DNA of 46,847 nt, filler included, from Catajapyx aquilonaris (taxonomy: Eukaryota), in assembly GCA_000934665.2 (NCBI GenBank). It is 2 parts of 2 records of this genome, joined end to end, with 100 filler letters (N's around TTAATTAATTAA, not from the genome) between each part and the next. Parts side by side here need not be neighbours in the genome. Positions count along the whole stretch, not along the records: positions 1 to 23,376 come from JYFJ02005693.1; 1 more part is not named here. One strand, written 5' to 3'. The notes below the pieces were generated by a model. The model was not told the DNA's origin and made no database searches. It saw nothing but the letters and a program-made list of their open reading frames with translations. This document shows positions 11,431 to 22,848 of the stretch, piece after piece; the first letter of the stretch is position 1, and each line of letters starts with the position of its first letter. The position numbers and the translations under genes were made by a program.

Positions 11431-14084
11431 CACAGTAGGCCAGGCGGACGGGTTACTTGTCCATAATGTCAAAAAATGAGACTTTTTAAAAACGGACAGA
11501 AATATATGCCTTTCAAATCTACAAAACCTTCAGTTCGGTAAGTAGCCTGATATGCACGGGTGCCAGAAAAAATTAAAACTCTGGGAAGATTTTGAGAGTG
11601 TCTGACATTGCTAATGAAATATATTCTCGATGTTTTAAATTTTAATGTGGTGAAAATTATTGATCACAGCAACAAATATTGACTGAATACGATGTATTGG
11701 TTCCTTTTATTAAGTAATGGTAAATTGAATCTGACTTCAATGTTGGAGATTTTCATTAAGGAAAAATTAGGTGATATGGCGGTGCAGATTAATGGCCCTC
11801 TCTTTACATTGTAGACTTTTTTAAAAAAGGTCCCCAAGATAACAGTGGGATTTTAGTGTCACAAGGGTCAGAAAACCTTGGGCAAGTGTGTGCAACAGTT
11901 TTCCTTTGCCCAAAATTGCCCCTTTTTGAGATATCGTTCCATCAACACGACCATGCGAAATTCGGCAGAGGGCTGGAGAGGCTCTGGACTTTGGTAGTTT
12001 GTGTGCCAGTGCAGTAAGAGGCTAGACGTTGGTTGAAAATCTTCCTCAGACAACACCCACAGGTAAGTGTTCGCAAATTGTGCATGCATGCAGTTATACA
12101 GGGTGTCCCAATACTAATCACATGATTTGGTTCCAACTATAGACTACCTGCCTTGATACCTGCACACTGCATACCTATGTATACTCCGATTTGTATGTTA
12201 TGACTGACGTTACATTTGTTACTTGCTTAGTGATCACCACAATAGTTGCATACGTCTGCATGTAGTATACCAGTATTATAAGTATTCTCAACAATGCGTT
12301 ATTGTGTGCAAAACTCTCTTAGCGATTCAATGTGGAATTGGAAATCTTCAAGTGTGTTAACCTGCTGCACAGAGAACGTTATTCAGTTGCCCCTATTTAA
12401 GCCTGACTTATTAACTAGTGACACTGACAAGGGAAGACCGTGACCTGTCACTAACGGATTTGGACAAAAATTGCTCAGTGGGTAAATCGCACGCGTAGAA
12501 TTCACTGGCGAACGTAAAAACCCACACTTCGCAGCCATTTTCGAGATATGAGTGACGTCAGATCCGGCACGCTCAATATAGTGCATCCTCTTGCTCCCTT
12601 TTTAGACTTTTTATCATCATCGAAGAAAAGTCTTTTAGAATGGCTCTGTCTGTCCATCTGTTGACAGGTATCAGGGCCTCAACTGCAACAGATAGCGGAA
12701 AACGGTTTTCGGATTAGGATTAAACGTGACCTAAATAGGTGTCATGGGCAACTTCCGGTGACCAGCCACTTCCGGTTTTCCGGGTTCACCTTATCCGCAC
12801 AAGTCTACTTCAGAGTTTGAGACCAACGCCCCAGTCCCGTGACGGATAATAGGGGTTCTACTGTAATCTTTTGTAACAATTTGTAAATTTAGTACTATTA
12901 AACTTGAATTAGACTACTCCATCGTCAATGTTACTTTCTTTGGGGAAAAATTACCCATAAAGTTTCATACTTGAAAGAATGAGAAAAAGTCTATTCTAAT
13001 CACACTCACGTGATTTGCCGATCTTGTTTTGTCCCCTTCTCCCTCCTGCCTTTTTCTAGTCAAGTTCTTAACATGGTTTTATTTTTGGCTGCACGTACTG
13101 CAATTCAATGTCATGTGGCACATGCTTTAGTCTAATTAATAAGTTAGTTATAATAAACACAAGAAATGAGCAGTATGTACTGGATCCCTTTATTTATCAC
13201 ATAAGATGTTTTTCTCACCGAGCCTTACGGACTCCATTAAACACTGACACAAATTACCTGAAGAGCCATGGAATAATGATACCTTCCCCTGCATATGAAG
13301 AACTACATAAAGTGGAAAGCCGCGTTTGCCGCTATCTCTTGCGGTTCAGGCCCTGATACCTGTCAAACCTGACAGAGCCATTCTAAGATACTTTTTTTCG
13401 ATGATGACAAAAAGTCTAAAAAGGGAGCAAGAGGATGCACTATATTGAGCGCACCGGATCTGACGTCACTCATATCTCGAAAATGGCTGCGAAGTGTTGG
13501 TTTTTACGTTCACCAGTGAATTCTACGCATGTGATTTACCCACTGAGCGATTTTTGTCCAAATCCGTTAGTGGCATGTCACGGTCTTCCCTTGTGAGTGA
13601 CTGACGCACTGTAGACAACTGCCATATTGCAATTTATTATTACGCGCCATTTTAAATATAGAGTAGGCTGCCCAAGAGTATATAATTTGGTATTAGTTAT
13701 CATAGGCTACCTAACTAGTTGGTTTTCACTACAGGTACCTTATACATCTCTCGTACTCCCGTGTATTCTATAGTTATGTACTTCCGATCGACGCCATTTT
13801 GAATGGGTTTAATTTTTGTCATATCAAGTAGAGTACATATTTATAAGGTTGGGAATTGTACACTTAGCTATGAAAGAGCGAACTTTTTTGACTTAAAATC
13901 TGCGCCTGAGCTCTCTACACTTATGCACTTTTACCGTCTCCATTTTGTTTCTATAATGCAATTTATAGGCTCCCAATATTTACACGGTCAACATGACCAT
14001 GTTGTGAAATTTTCGTGCTTGTATCGCAATCGGTATGGCAAGGGGGAGTTTTGGACAAGTAACTTCGCGCCCTGACCTACTGTG
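11431..14084. mobile_element. Non-autonomous Transib-like DNA transposon with nested insertions
   Basis: TIR CACAGTAGG(C/T)CAGG..GTTACTTGTCCA; GC-rich 5-bp TSD CGGCA/CGGCG; no transposase ORF. Confidence 0.7.
12422..13599. mobile_element. Long-TIR MITE nested in the Transib-like element
   Basis: About 280-bp inverted arms (12422-12704 / 13323-13599) beginning CACT(G/C)ACAAGGGAAGACCGTGAC. Confidence 0.85.
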
Positions 14085-14707
14085 CGGCGGTTTGGCTAAC
14101 CCTACATTCTTGTTTTACGATATGTAATGTATTTTTAATCATAATCTTTGGCACACAATCTGTGAAAGTTTACATCCGAAGTGTTTTAAATTTTATATCC
14201 TCTGAAAAACATACAGGTTAAAACATACGTATATTGCATGGCACATATTGTGCTATCAATCTCAAATTGCAATCTTGAACCACCACCTGAGCCACTCACC
14301 ATGTTGATGCAAACACGATAACTAGATGCAATAACACAATCAAAAACACTGAACCGTGCGCATCTCTCCCTAGGTCACTTGTTTCGTTTCTAACACTTGT
14401 CACAACAACACAGCCACTGTGCCCTAAAGCCGGTTTTAGAATACCAAGTTGAAAGAGAATCACGGATCATTCGTCTATGTAATCTCTATCCACAATGGGA
14501 GGTTTCATTGCTTTAGGCACAGTGAGGCAATTTGCTTGCCTAACCTCCATTCAGGTTGGAACTCAAACAACTGCCAAAAATACTCCAGACTGGAAATGTT
14601 ACGGGGTAAAAATCAAAGAAAAGGGGGAGTTCATTGAAATAGGGTTGGTGATGAAAATTCCAGAAATTTTCCATGAGAGAATTATGAAAGTACAAATTCA
14701 GACTTAC

Positions 14708-15487
14708 TTTATCATAAAAAGCACTGATGAACATCAACTTCTCCACCAAGGTCAATATTTTTGAATCATCAGGTCCTGGTTGTTTCTTCTTCTTTTTAAG
14801 GGGCTTGAGCCCACCCGGTTTTCTTCCTGCTTTCACAATCCCATGCACAATGTCGTCATTGTCCAAAGTCTCAGGGAGGACGTATAGAGGCAGTAATATT
14901 GAGCTGGTGCGATTAGTCATTTTGGAAGCAGCGTTTATCCATTTGGGGCACATCAGTCTGAATGCAGAGCTTTTGACCTCGAGTGGCAAAGTTGACAGGA
15001 AACGGGTCATGGCAGAGTATTTCACTTCCAGTAGGGCCAAAAAGGTAATCTTAGCCAACTTGCGTATCTCCAGAGGTGTCATCTTCCTGACCAATGGGTC
15101 TGCCTCAAATGAAGCAGAGTCGGCCCAGGCGATCACATGAATCATGGCGCAACGAAACTGGGGGGTTGTGGACGCACGGTGGAGATCTGAGGGCTTGACA
15201 TGGGTTGTGACCAGAGTATGGATAGCGGATAAAATGGCCATGCGGATTTTGGGGTGGGTGGTAGTCTGCTTGAAAACGAAGCTGCAGAGAGAAACCAGGT
15301 TAAGGTCTGGTGGATAGTACTCTCTGGCAATAGCGAGGATGTGATAGAGTTTCGCTGCCATTGATGGCAGAATATTCTTCCCCATATTAGCGAAGATGCC
15401 ACCCAAACAAACTCGCAACCAATGATGAAGATTGAATGAATGCACTCTCAGCAGTTCTGCCACTGCATCCAATAGCAAGAGCTTGAT
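14708..15487 (-). CDS. CLASP: CLASP-like protein, exon carrying most of a TOG3-like HEAT domain
   Basis: LLLLDAVAELLRVHSFNLHHWLRVCL..MGKNILPSMAAKL..QTTTHPKIRMAIL..IRKLAKITFLALLE..FLSTLP aligns by eye with CLASP TOG3; TTTCAG acceptor; AAA/GTAAGT donor after 14708, otherwise the frame stays open to the stop at 14540. Confidence 0.78.
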
Positions 15488-15895
15488 CTGAAACAATTAA
15501 ACACAACGATTAGCCTATGTACAGTAACTGTCAGGTAGTTGAACTTTCCAAGTGTGCAAAGGCATGTCAATAACTATCGTGATTGAAATTTTTGAAAATA
15601 ATGAAATCTCCAATGGAGATAGCCAAATGAATGTACACATCCTGTCGTATTTTAGAGGTATTTTTTGGAGACACTTCTGCATTTGTGCCACCAAAAGACA
15701 AGTTTTTAAATGCCCCTGAAATAGAGATCATTCCTTGCATGTAGAACCAAAGCCACATTTTTCATATCACTTCTTCTTTATTAAAGGATGAAAAAGACAA
15801 AGTCACTGTGTGAAAGGTTACAACTTGAGGATGATGTTTCCTATTTTCCAATTGAAATGCCTCACTGACGGGATTCACTAACAATGAGCCATTTA

Positions 15896-17014
15896 GGGCC
15901 GATTTCTCGAACAGTGGTTCAAATGTAAACAAGGTTCAAGGTTTGAACCCAGTTCAGAGAAATTTCCATTTCTCGAGGCAAAAGTAAACCATGGATACGG
16001 TTTAAACTCGGTTCACATCTGACGGCCCGATTGCCGGCCGTTATCTGAAATAAACCAGGTTTGGAATGCCGGGAACAACAATGAAAGGTGTCATTTTTTG
16101 ACTAGTTGCCGACGTTACTCCGCAAAATGAGTTTTTATGGCACTTTTCGGAGGCCAGAAAATTCCCCCTGTGAACCATAGATAGTGCAAATCTTTGTCTT
16201 TCTAATGATATATTTGAAACTCAGAAATAGAAACTATGTGTAATCATAATTAAGTTAATTGCACACCTCAGTTATCTCGGCCGTTTCTCATCCGAATTAC
16301 TTCGCGAATGTATCGACGGCAAGCCAGAAATGTGCGTGATAAAATTACATTGTGCTCTATTACACTAAAATTTTTAGAAGTTTTGCTTTAGTAAGTTTAA
16401 TAGCCCAATTTCTGGCGGGAATAGACGGCCATACTTTTAAATTCGTTTAAAATTTTTAGTGTAGCACTATGTAATTTTATCACGCACATTTCTGGCTTTC
16501 CGTCGGTACATTCGCGAAGTAATTCAGATTATAGATGGCCGAGATAACAGAGGTGTGCAATTAACTTAATTATGATTACACAAATGGCGATTTCCGAGTT
16601 TCAAATATATCATTAGAAAGACAAAGATTTGCACTATCCAGGGTCCACAGCGTGAATTTTTTGGCCTCCAAGAGGTGCCATAAAAAATTCATTTTGCAGC
16701 GTAACGTCGGCAACTAGTCAAAAAATGTCACTTTCAAATGCGATGTCCCTCACTCCACCTAGACTTGCTGACTAGAGTTTGTTTACAAGCCGGTAAAGAC
16801 TCGCGCTGAAGCTCAGACTGGTTCAGGGAAATGGGGACGACACGACATGTGGCAACGGCGCAATTCTAACCGAGGCTTGTCGTTCACATAGTAACCGAGG
16901 GTTTGTTTAAGCTCGAGAAATGCTCACACTCGGAAGGGGAGTTTAAACTGCATCCAGCGTGTAGACCCAAACTCAGTTCAAACTGACTTGAACCACTGTT
17001 CGAGAAATCGGCCC
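15896..17014. mobile_element. PIF/Harbinger MITE with large internal palindrome
   Basis: 27-bp TIR GGGCCGATTTCTCGAACAGTGGTTCAA, TTA TSD; internal arms of about 295 bp at 16082-16377 / 16449-16737. Confidence 0.9.
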
Positions 17015-17273
17015 TTAGAGGTTTTTAAAGAAACACTGTATGTAGTGCATGCTGGTTTAAATAAAGTTTAATCAAGATAATAAAAATTACCATAGATATT
17101 TAGTTTGCCTTCTGGATAAAGTCTGCTATATTTCTTTATTTGCAAGACATATTAACATTCTTTAGGACTTTTATATCTAACTTTTGTTTTTGGTGATTCG
17201 TAATGTGGATAATGACCTGCATTGCAATAATTGGGAATACAGAGTACTTGAAATGATCATAAAAATTGCTAAC

Positions 17274-17489
17274 CTTTGTCACAGAATCTTGGAGCAATGG
17301 TGGAAAAACTTGAGTCAGTATGCTCAGCTCCTTTATCGGGAGTAAATTGCCATTGCGCAAAAAATTGCGCAAATTGATTAGTCCCATTTGAAGGTCAACG
17401 AAGTTCTCCGAAGCACACCCGTATATGATATCTGATGCTTCTTTAGCTGTGGAATTATTCTCCTGAACAGCAGAACTTGGATGGGAAGG
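17274..17489 (-). CDS. CLASP: CLASP-like protein, exon with start of TOG3
   Basis: EASDIIYGCASENFVDLQMGLINLRNFL..KELSILTQVFPPLLQDSVTK resembles CLASP DVAEVLNHCASSNWSERKEGL..ELKRLCEIFTRMFADPHSK; TTACAG acceptor, AAG/GTTAGC donor, 216 nt phase 0-0. Confidence 0.78.
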
Positions 17490-17537
17490 CTGTAATGGGA
17501 TTGACAATATTATGAAATATGCCAAGTTAAACAATAT

Positions 17538-17750
17538 ACAGTGTGTTCCGAATATTGGGGTCCTTTAGTTATTGCAAACTTAGTCTGAAGCTGTTATTTT
17601 GCTTTTTGCATCCGGATTGAAGTGCCCAATTACATAGCAGCTGCTATATTCAACCACACCTAGGAATAATGAGAGACCTGGATTGAAACAAGCTACACAA
17701 AAAATAACAAATTTGAGCAAAATTTGTGATAACTTTAAAAACCCCAATAG
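17538..17750 (+). repeat. Tc1-like MITE family copy (second copy at 34657-34878, minus)
   Basis: TA-CAGTGTGTTCC..GGTCCTTT..AGTTATTGCAAA..GCCCAATTA..GCAGCTGCTAT matches the reverse complement of 34657-34878. Confidence 0.65.
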
Positions 17751-17820
17751 GCCTACTTGGAACACACTCAACATGAGCTCAATGAAAATGTACAAGACTA
17801 ATCACCATATGGTCACAAAC

Positions 17821-17935
17821 CGAAGTCTTGAAGTTTTCTTCCGACTCCTCAGCACTGTTGCTAAAGGCAGTCCTTGCCACATAGGGAGACATGTCAGTTA
17901 TGAAAGGCCTCAGCATGAGAGGCCCCATCCCAGTA
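17821..17935 (-). CDS. CLASP: CLASP-like protein, internal exon
   Basis: TTTTCAG acceptor, open frame TGMGPLMLRPFITDMSPYVARTAFSNSAEESEENFKTS, phase 2-0 fitting both neighbours. Confidence 0.55.
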
Positions 17936-17997
17936 CTGAAAATAAGCCAACTTGAAGCTAGAAAGTTTGCCTATTTCATGCAACTTGCTTGACTTGC

Positions 17998-18208
17998 CTA
18001 TAGATAGATCCAGTATGGCTGGAATCAAATGGATTCTTTGGAATAGGGCTGGTCCCTCCACTGGTCTTACATCCCCCCGGTCGACTTGACCCTGCACCTT
18101 CATTCTTCAGTAGCATCATATCTGCGATGTCATTTGAAGTGAACAACATTTCCATGGCCTGTGCAGCACATCTTGTCTTATACGATGCCGCAGTAGGAGG
18201 GATGGTCA
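17998..18208 (-). CDS. CLASP: CLASP-like protein, internal S/G/P-rich exon with GC donor
   Basis: TTGACAG acceptor (phase 1), TIPPTAASYKTR..GSSRPGGCKTSGGTSP..GSIY, AG/GCAAGT donor. Confidence 0.5.
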
Positions 18209-19015
18209 CTGTCAAACATGCAAGCTTAGATTATGCACAACAATACCAAGTACAAGCAAACAATGAAAATGAAATCAGCCATCTGTACAAATTGTCTTTG
18301 TTACGAAGTTCTATAATAATGAGCTTTCACTTCCTCCCTTGAGATGCAATGAAAATTATATATTTTAAATGCTATGAACACAACCCATCCACTATTTTGA
18401 ATATTTTCGCTAAGAAGTCACCAGTGACGTCATGATAGATGGAATCACAGTCTGGATTCTAAGCTGGCTGATAAATGCCAGCCATGCTGCTATCCCCCAA
18501 TGTTATTTCTAACTGCAAATTGATCTCTTTAAGACCTGCTAAGAGCTTGTTACTAGCAATGAACCCAAATCAATCATGCTGTTATCAGGATATTATTTTC
18601 ACGGTGGAGAGTTTGAGGTGATAATGTCAGGGTAGAATTCGGCAGAAAGGTTGACTGGATGTAGTACATTTTTAAACTTTCTAACTAAAAAAAAGTGCTC
18701 ACAATAACTAATTATGAATAGTAGCAGCAGATGCATAAGCACTAATATTGCTTCGGCTGGCAGCATATCACAAATTATGCCTTATTGCCAAAAACGGCAT
18801 ATCTATACATTACCATAGAATTTTGTTTTTATGGCCCTGCCTGGCCCAATTGCCCAAAACACAATGTGCTCATATATCTTTTGGTAGGACAGCAGAATAG
18901 TCTAATAACAATGAAAAACTCTATTGTATCCCATCAGGACTCTTTTGCTTCATTTGTTTATTATTTAACCCTACCAATTTATAACATACTGTATTGTTTC
19001 TATTCCAAATGTAAT

Positions 19016-19290
19016 GGGGGCACGGTGGTCTAGTGGCTATGCTTCTGGTCAGCAAAGCAGGAGGTCCGGGGCTCAAATCCCATCCCCGTGACCTCCACTT
19101 GGTTGGGTCTTTTTCTGCTTTTCACCTGATGTGTCCAGCCAGATTTGCATTCCCTTCTCTGCCCAGGGCCAGGAAAAACGGTCTAGCTTTACGGACTGTC
19201 CGAAATGACTAGAAACTAATTACAGTGCCCTCCCTTGGGACTCTCCTCCACCCTCAAGCCCGTGGACCGGGGTTATATGATTGTATCGAA
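19016..19290 (+). mobile_element. tRNA-derived SINE
   Basis: GGGGGCACGGTGGTCTAGTGG A box, GGCTCAAATCC B box, non-tRNA body. Confidence 0.7.
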
Positions 19291-19297
19291 TGATGTA

Positions 19298-19854
19298 CGG
19301 TTGACTCAAGATATAACACCCTAGGTTGCAGTGGGCTTTTGGTTATAACAGACTTGAAAGGCCAGTCCTGGCATACTTCCATAAGGCCCTGCATGTTTTT
19401 ACTCCTGATATAACAGACTCATCTTCACCTCACCTTGGCTATAACATACCATTTTTGGCCTGTTGGCAGGAAAATATGCTGTTTTTGATTATTCAACTTC
19501 CTTTCCCACGCACAGGAAGGCAGAGAATATTGAAGGGGAGGTGCTTTTCGCATCTGTCAGTGATCTAAGGCTCTAAGCTACTCAAAATCATGCTTTTTCT
19601 GGTATATTTGGAAACAGGGAGATGGCAGAAGAAAATTACGGACTTATTTAGGTCCCATGTAATTTACGGGAGAGCTAATTTTGCATTATTGTGGACAGTT
19701 TTATTAATGTATGCAGTAGTGGGCATTATAAGCATATGGAAACAAGAAACTTTGTGTCTTTGTTGCAAATGAGGCGATTTGGCTGTAACAGACCTCAGTT
19801 ATAACATACTTTTTTCCGCTGTCCCTTGAAGTCTGTTATATCTGGAGTCAACTG
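19298..19854. mobile_element. Tigger/pogo-type MITE
   Basis: TIR C(A/G)GTTGACTC(A/C)AGATATAACA, TA flanks, multiple internal (T)ATAACA subterminal motifs. Confidence 0.75.
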
Positions 19855-19891
19855 TATAAGCATTGATAACAATAAAGGTCCATGCGATATG

Positions 19892-20794
19892 CAGGGTGGT
19901 CAGAAAGTAACTCCCTATTAGAAACATGTAATAACTTTGTCAAATATTGCTCAATTATCATGAAACAAGTTTTATTTTGTAACTTGAAATGGGAGAATTT
20001 GTCTGCGAACTTAAAATTTCACATAGGAACCAGAGTTTCCCGTCAATTTCTGTAGGCGATTCGGTATGCACACGACAGACTTATATATGCACATAATCCT
20101 GTGGTACTTTTCCCAGCACATCTCAAATGCTCTCTCAAGTTCATCCAAATTTTGCGGTTTGGTGCGGTACACGCCCTCCTTTGCCCAACCTCACCAGAAA
20201 AAGTCATAGTGCTTAAGGTCAGGACTTTGTGCTGGCCATTATTCCGGACCTCCCTACAACCTGGCAATTGTTTATCCATCCGCACATGGACAGTCAATAC
20301 AAAATATGGGAGTGCATCATCTTGCATGAAGATAAGATTGAAGTTATCCCATTGTGTGATGATCGTCCATACCTGACCTTGCAGCATGGAAAGATACAGC
20401 TCTCTATTCATCATATTTTGAAGGAGGAAGGGGCCAGTAAGTGGCGAGAGCAAGGCGATGCGCCATTTTGACTGCTTGCATGACTGAACCTGCCATCTGG
20501 TAGGCAGCCATTTTAATTCTACCATTGCAAGTTACAAAATAAAACATGTTTAATGAAAATCGAGACATATTTGTCAAAGTTATGACATGTTTCTAATAGA
20601 GAGTTACTTTCATATAAGTCTGTCGCGTGCATACCGAATCGCCTAAAGAAATTGACAGGAAACTCTGGTTCCTATGTTCACAGACAAATTCGCCAATTTC
20701 AAGTTACAATATAAAACTTGTTTCATGACAATTGAGCAATATTTGACAAAGTTATTCCATGTTTCTAATAGGGAGTTACTTTCCGACCACCCTG
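19892..20794 (-). mobile_element. Tc1/mariner-like element with deleted transposase and about 190-bp inverted arms
   Basis: CAGGGTGGTC(A/G)GAAAGTAACTCCC termini, TA at right; residual GPF..YLSML..FMQDDALPYF transposase motifs on the minus strand. Confidence 0.85.
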
Positions 20795-21088
20795 TACCCC
20801 AAGAGGGGTGAAAGCACTACCCAGCACCCAGCATTATTACAAATGTAAGGCCCAATATTGTAAACTGAAATCAAAGTAAGGAAAGATCTCTATTATGCAT
20901 AAATACTGTACAATACATAATCGCAGATTTCCTCTTAATTTGTGTTAATACAGCCAGCCTTAATATATTTTAAAAACCCGCTGACCCTTCCTCCATCCTT
21001 TTTCCTCCCTGTCAACATGAGTGCTGTCATGCATGTGGGCCATTAGCAAGGCAAATTAAGGTCATGAAAAACCGAGTTAAAGACTTAC

Positions 21089-21238
21089 TTGGGAGTCCTG
21101 GATATCTGGTTTGTAAGCGATTGTGAGCAGCATATAGTGCCCGGGCTCCTGCTCGTCGAGCTGCTTGCTGTTTGCTGCTGACCGTAACAAAATTACAAGG
21201 AAACTGAGTTCGGGCTTCCATGCGATTTCCGAGGGCTC
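21089..21238 (-). CDS. CLASP: CLASP-like protein, internal exon
   Basis: Strong TTTTTTTTTCAG acceptor and A/GTAAGT donor, 150 nt phase 1-1; QQAARRAGARALYAA resembles the arthropod CLASP QAAQRAKARAQYAA motif as I recall it. Confidence 0.65.
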
Positions 21239-21342
21239 CTGAAAAAAAACAAAAAGCAAATCAAGCCATATGGGCATCATAAGAGCCATTACACCAGTTG
21301 ATGGCATTGCGTGGGGTGATACTCAATGCCTTGTTCACATAC

Positions 21343-21495
21343 TTCGGGGATGACGAGGGGCTGGATTCTTGTTCTGCTGCTGGCATTCTGAGTGTGGCAA
21401 AGTTGTGGTCGGTGGTTGTGAAAGTGTGGGTGGCCAAGGTGCGTCAGTGGGCTCAGGCGTACTTGGTGTATTGTAGTAGTTCAAGGTCCCGAAAG
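21343..21495 (-). CDS. CLASP: CLASP-like protein, most 5' identifiable exon (P/T-rich)
   Basis: TAGTAG acceptor, single open frame FGTLNYYNTPSTPEP..PAPRHPR, A/GTATGT donor, phase 1-1; start codon exon not identified. Confidence 0.5.
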
Positions 21496-22217
21496 CTACT
21501 AATAGGAGAATGTGGAGTAACAGTTGTTGACCGATATGTAGGGCTGGTTACAATGATGCTTACAATGATTACAATGATTAAGGCAGTGCATTAGCAAAAA
21601 TACGGTAGGCGCATTTTTGAGAGAACTTTATTTTTTGTGGCGAAACGCGATGTTAATCTGTGAAAACACGAACTAGGCATCCTGCACAAAGGTTTGGCCT
21701 TTACAATGATACTATACTCGACATGATTGCATTAAAATGTGGACAGACGGCCACAGAAATGTGTCCGATATTCACGCGATTCCGTCCGCCATGTTAATCT
21801 AATGCACTTTTCGGAGACACCATTTTCTGTGAACTTCAACTTGCTGTAAAGGTCACTTCTTGGCTGAAAATGGGAAAAAAAGACGAACTAGGTGCACTGC
21901 GGCAGATCATGTTCTATTTTTTGGTGCAATTTCTGTGTTGATTGAACTATTTTTGCGGCAGTACGGCCACAGAAATGTAGACATGTATGCAGGGGGGTAC
22001 CTAGGTTACCTGGCGCCCTTGGCAAGAAGCTCTACCCCCCCCCCCCCCCCCCCCNCCCCCCCCCCCCCCCCCGCACGTCTCTAGAAAAATTTCTTTACCG
22101 CAAATAGACACATCATTTATCTAAAAAAATTGCACACGCTTTCATGAAAAAAGTGTTTCATAATATTAACAACAGAATCTGACATGATCGTTAGGAGCTT
22201 ATCAGGAATAACTAATA

Positions 22218-22786
22218 ATCTAGCCCGATCTGGCCTATATAAAAGAAGTCATCAAATTTCAAACACTACCTCTTGTCAATTGTCGCCGACCGGGGCGTTT
22301 TTCAGGAGGTGACCGGCTGACAGCATGATATAGCGCTTTATGGCGGTTTTCTTCCCGGTTTACACCAGTATAGCAGTTGGGATCCAGAAATTTTTTCTGA
22401 GGGGGGGGGGNCCCCCTGGGGGGGGGGGGGGCGCCCCAGGTTGGGAACCACTGATCTAGCCCGAACACTACCTCTTGTCAGTTGTCGCCTACCGGGGCGT
22501 TTTTCGGGAGGTGACTGGCTGACCGCATGATGGCGGTTTTCTTCGTGGTTTACACCAGTGGCGACATCACCTGACTCAGTAGAAGAGAGGCGACTCGCTC
22601 CTCTTCTACTGAAGTTCAGAGGAGTCCGTTAGGAGCGAGTCGCCTCTCTTCTACTGAGTCAGGTGGTGTCGCCACTGGTGTAAACCACGGTTGTTAGAGT
22701 ATATCCGCGAAGTAAACCGCGAAGAAAACCGCCATAAAGCGCTATCATGCGGTCACCTCCCGAAATACGCCCCGGTAGGCGATAAG
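22218..22786. repeat. Compound direct-plus-inverted duplication around an hAT-like end
   Basis: 22262-22368 repeated at 22464-22560; near-perfect stem 22544-22601 / 22630-22689; hAT-type end GGTTGGGAACCACTG at 22439-22453. Confidence 0.8.
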
Positions 22787-22848
22787 AGCTGATAATATGG
22801 GGAGTGTCCGGGGGCTGGTACCGAATCTTCGTAAGAAGGCGTATCTTC

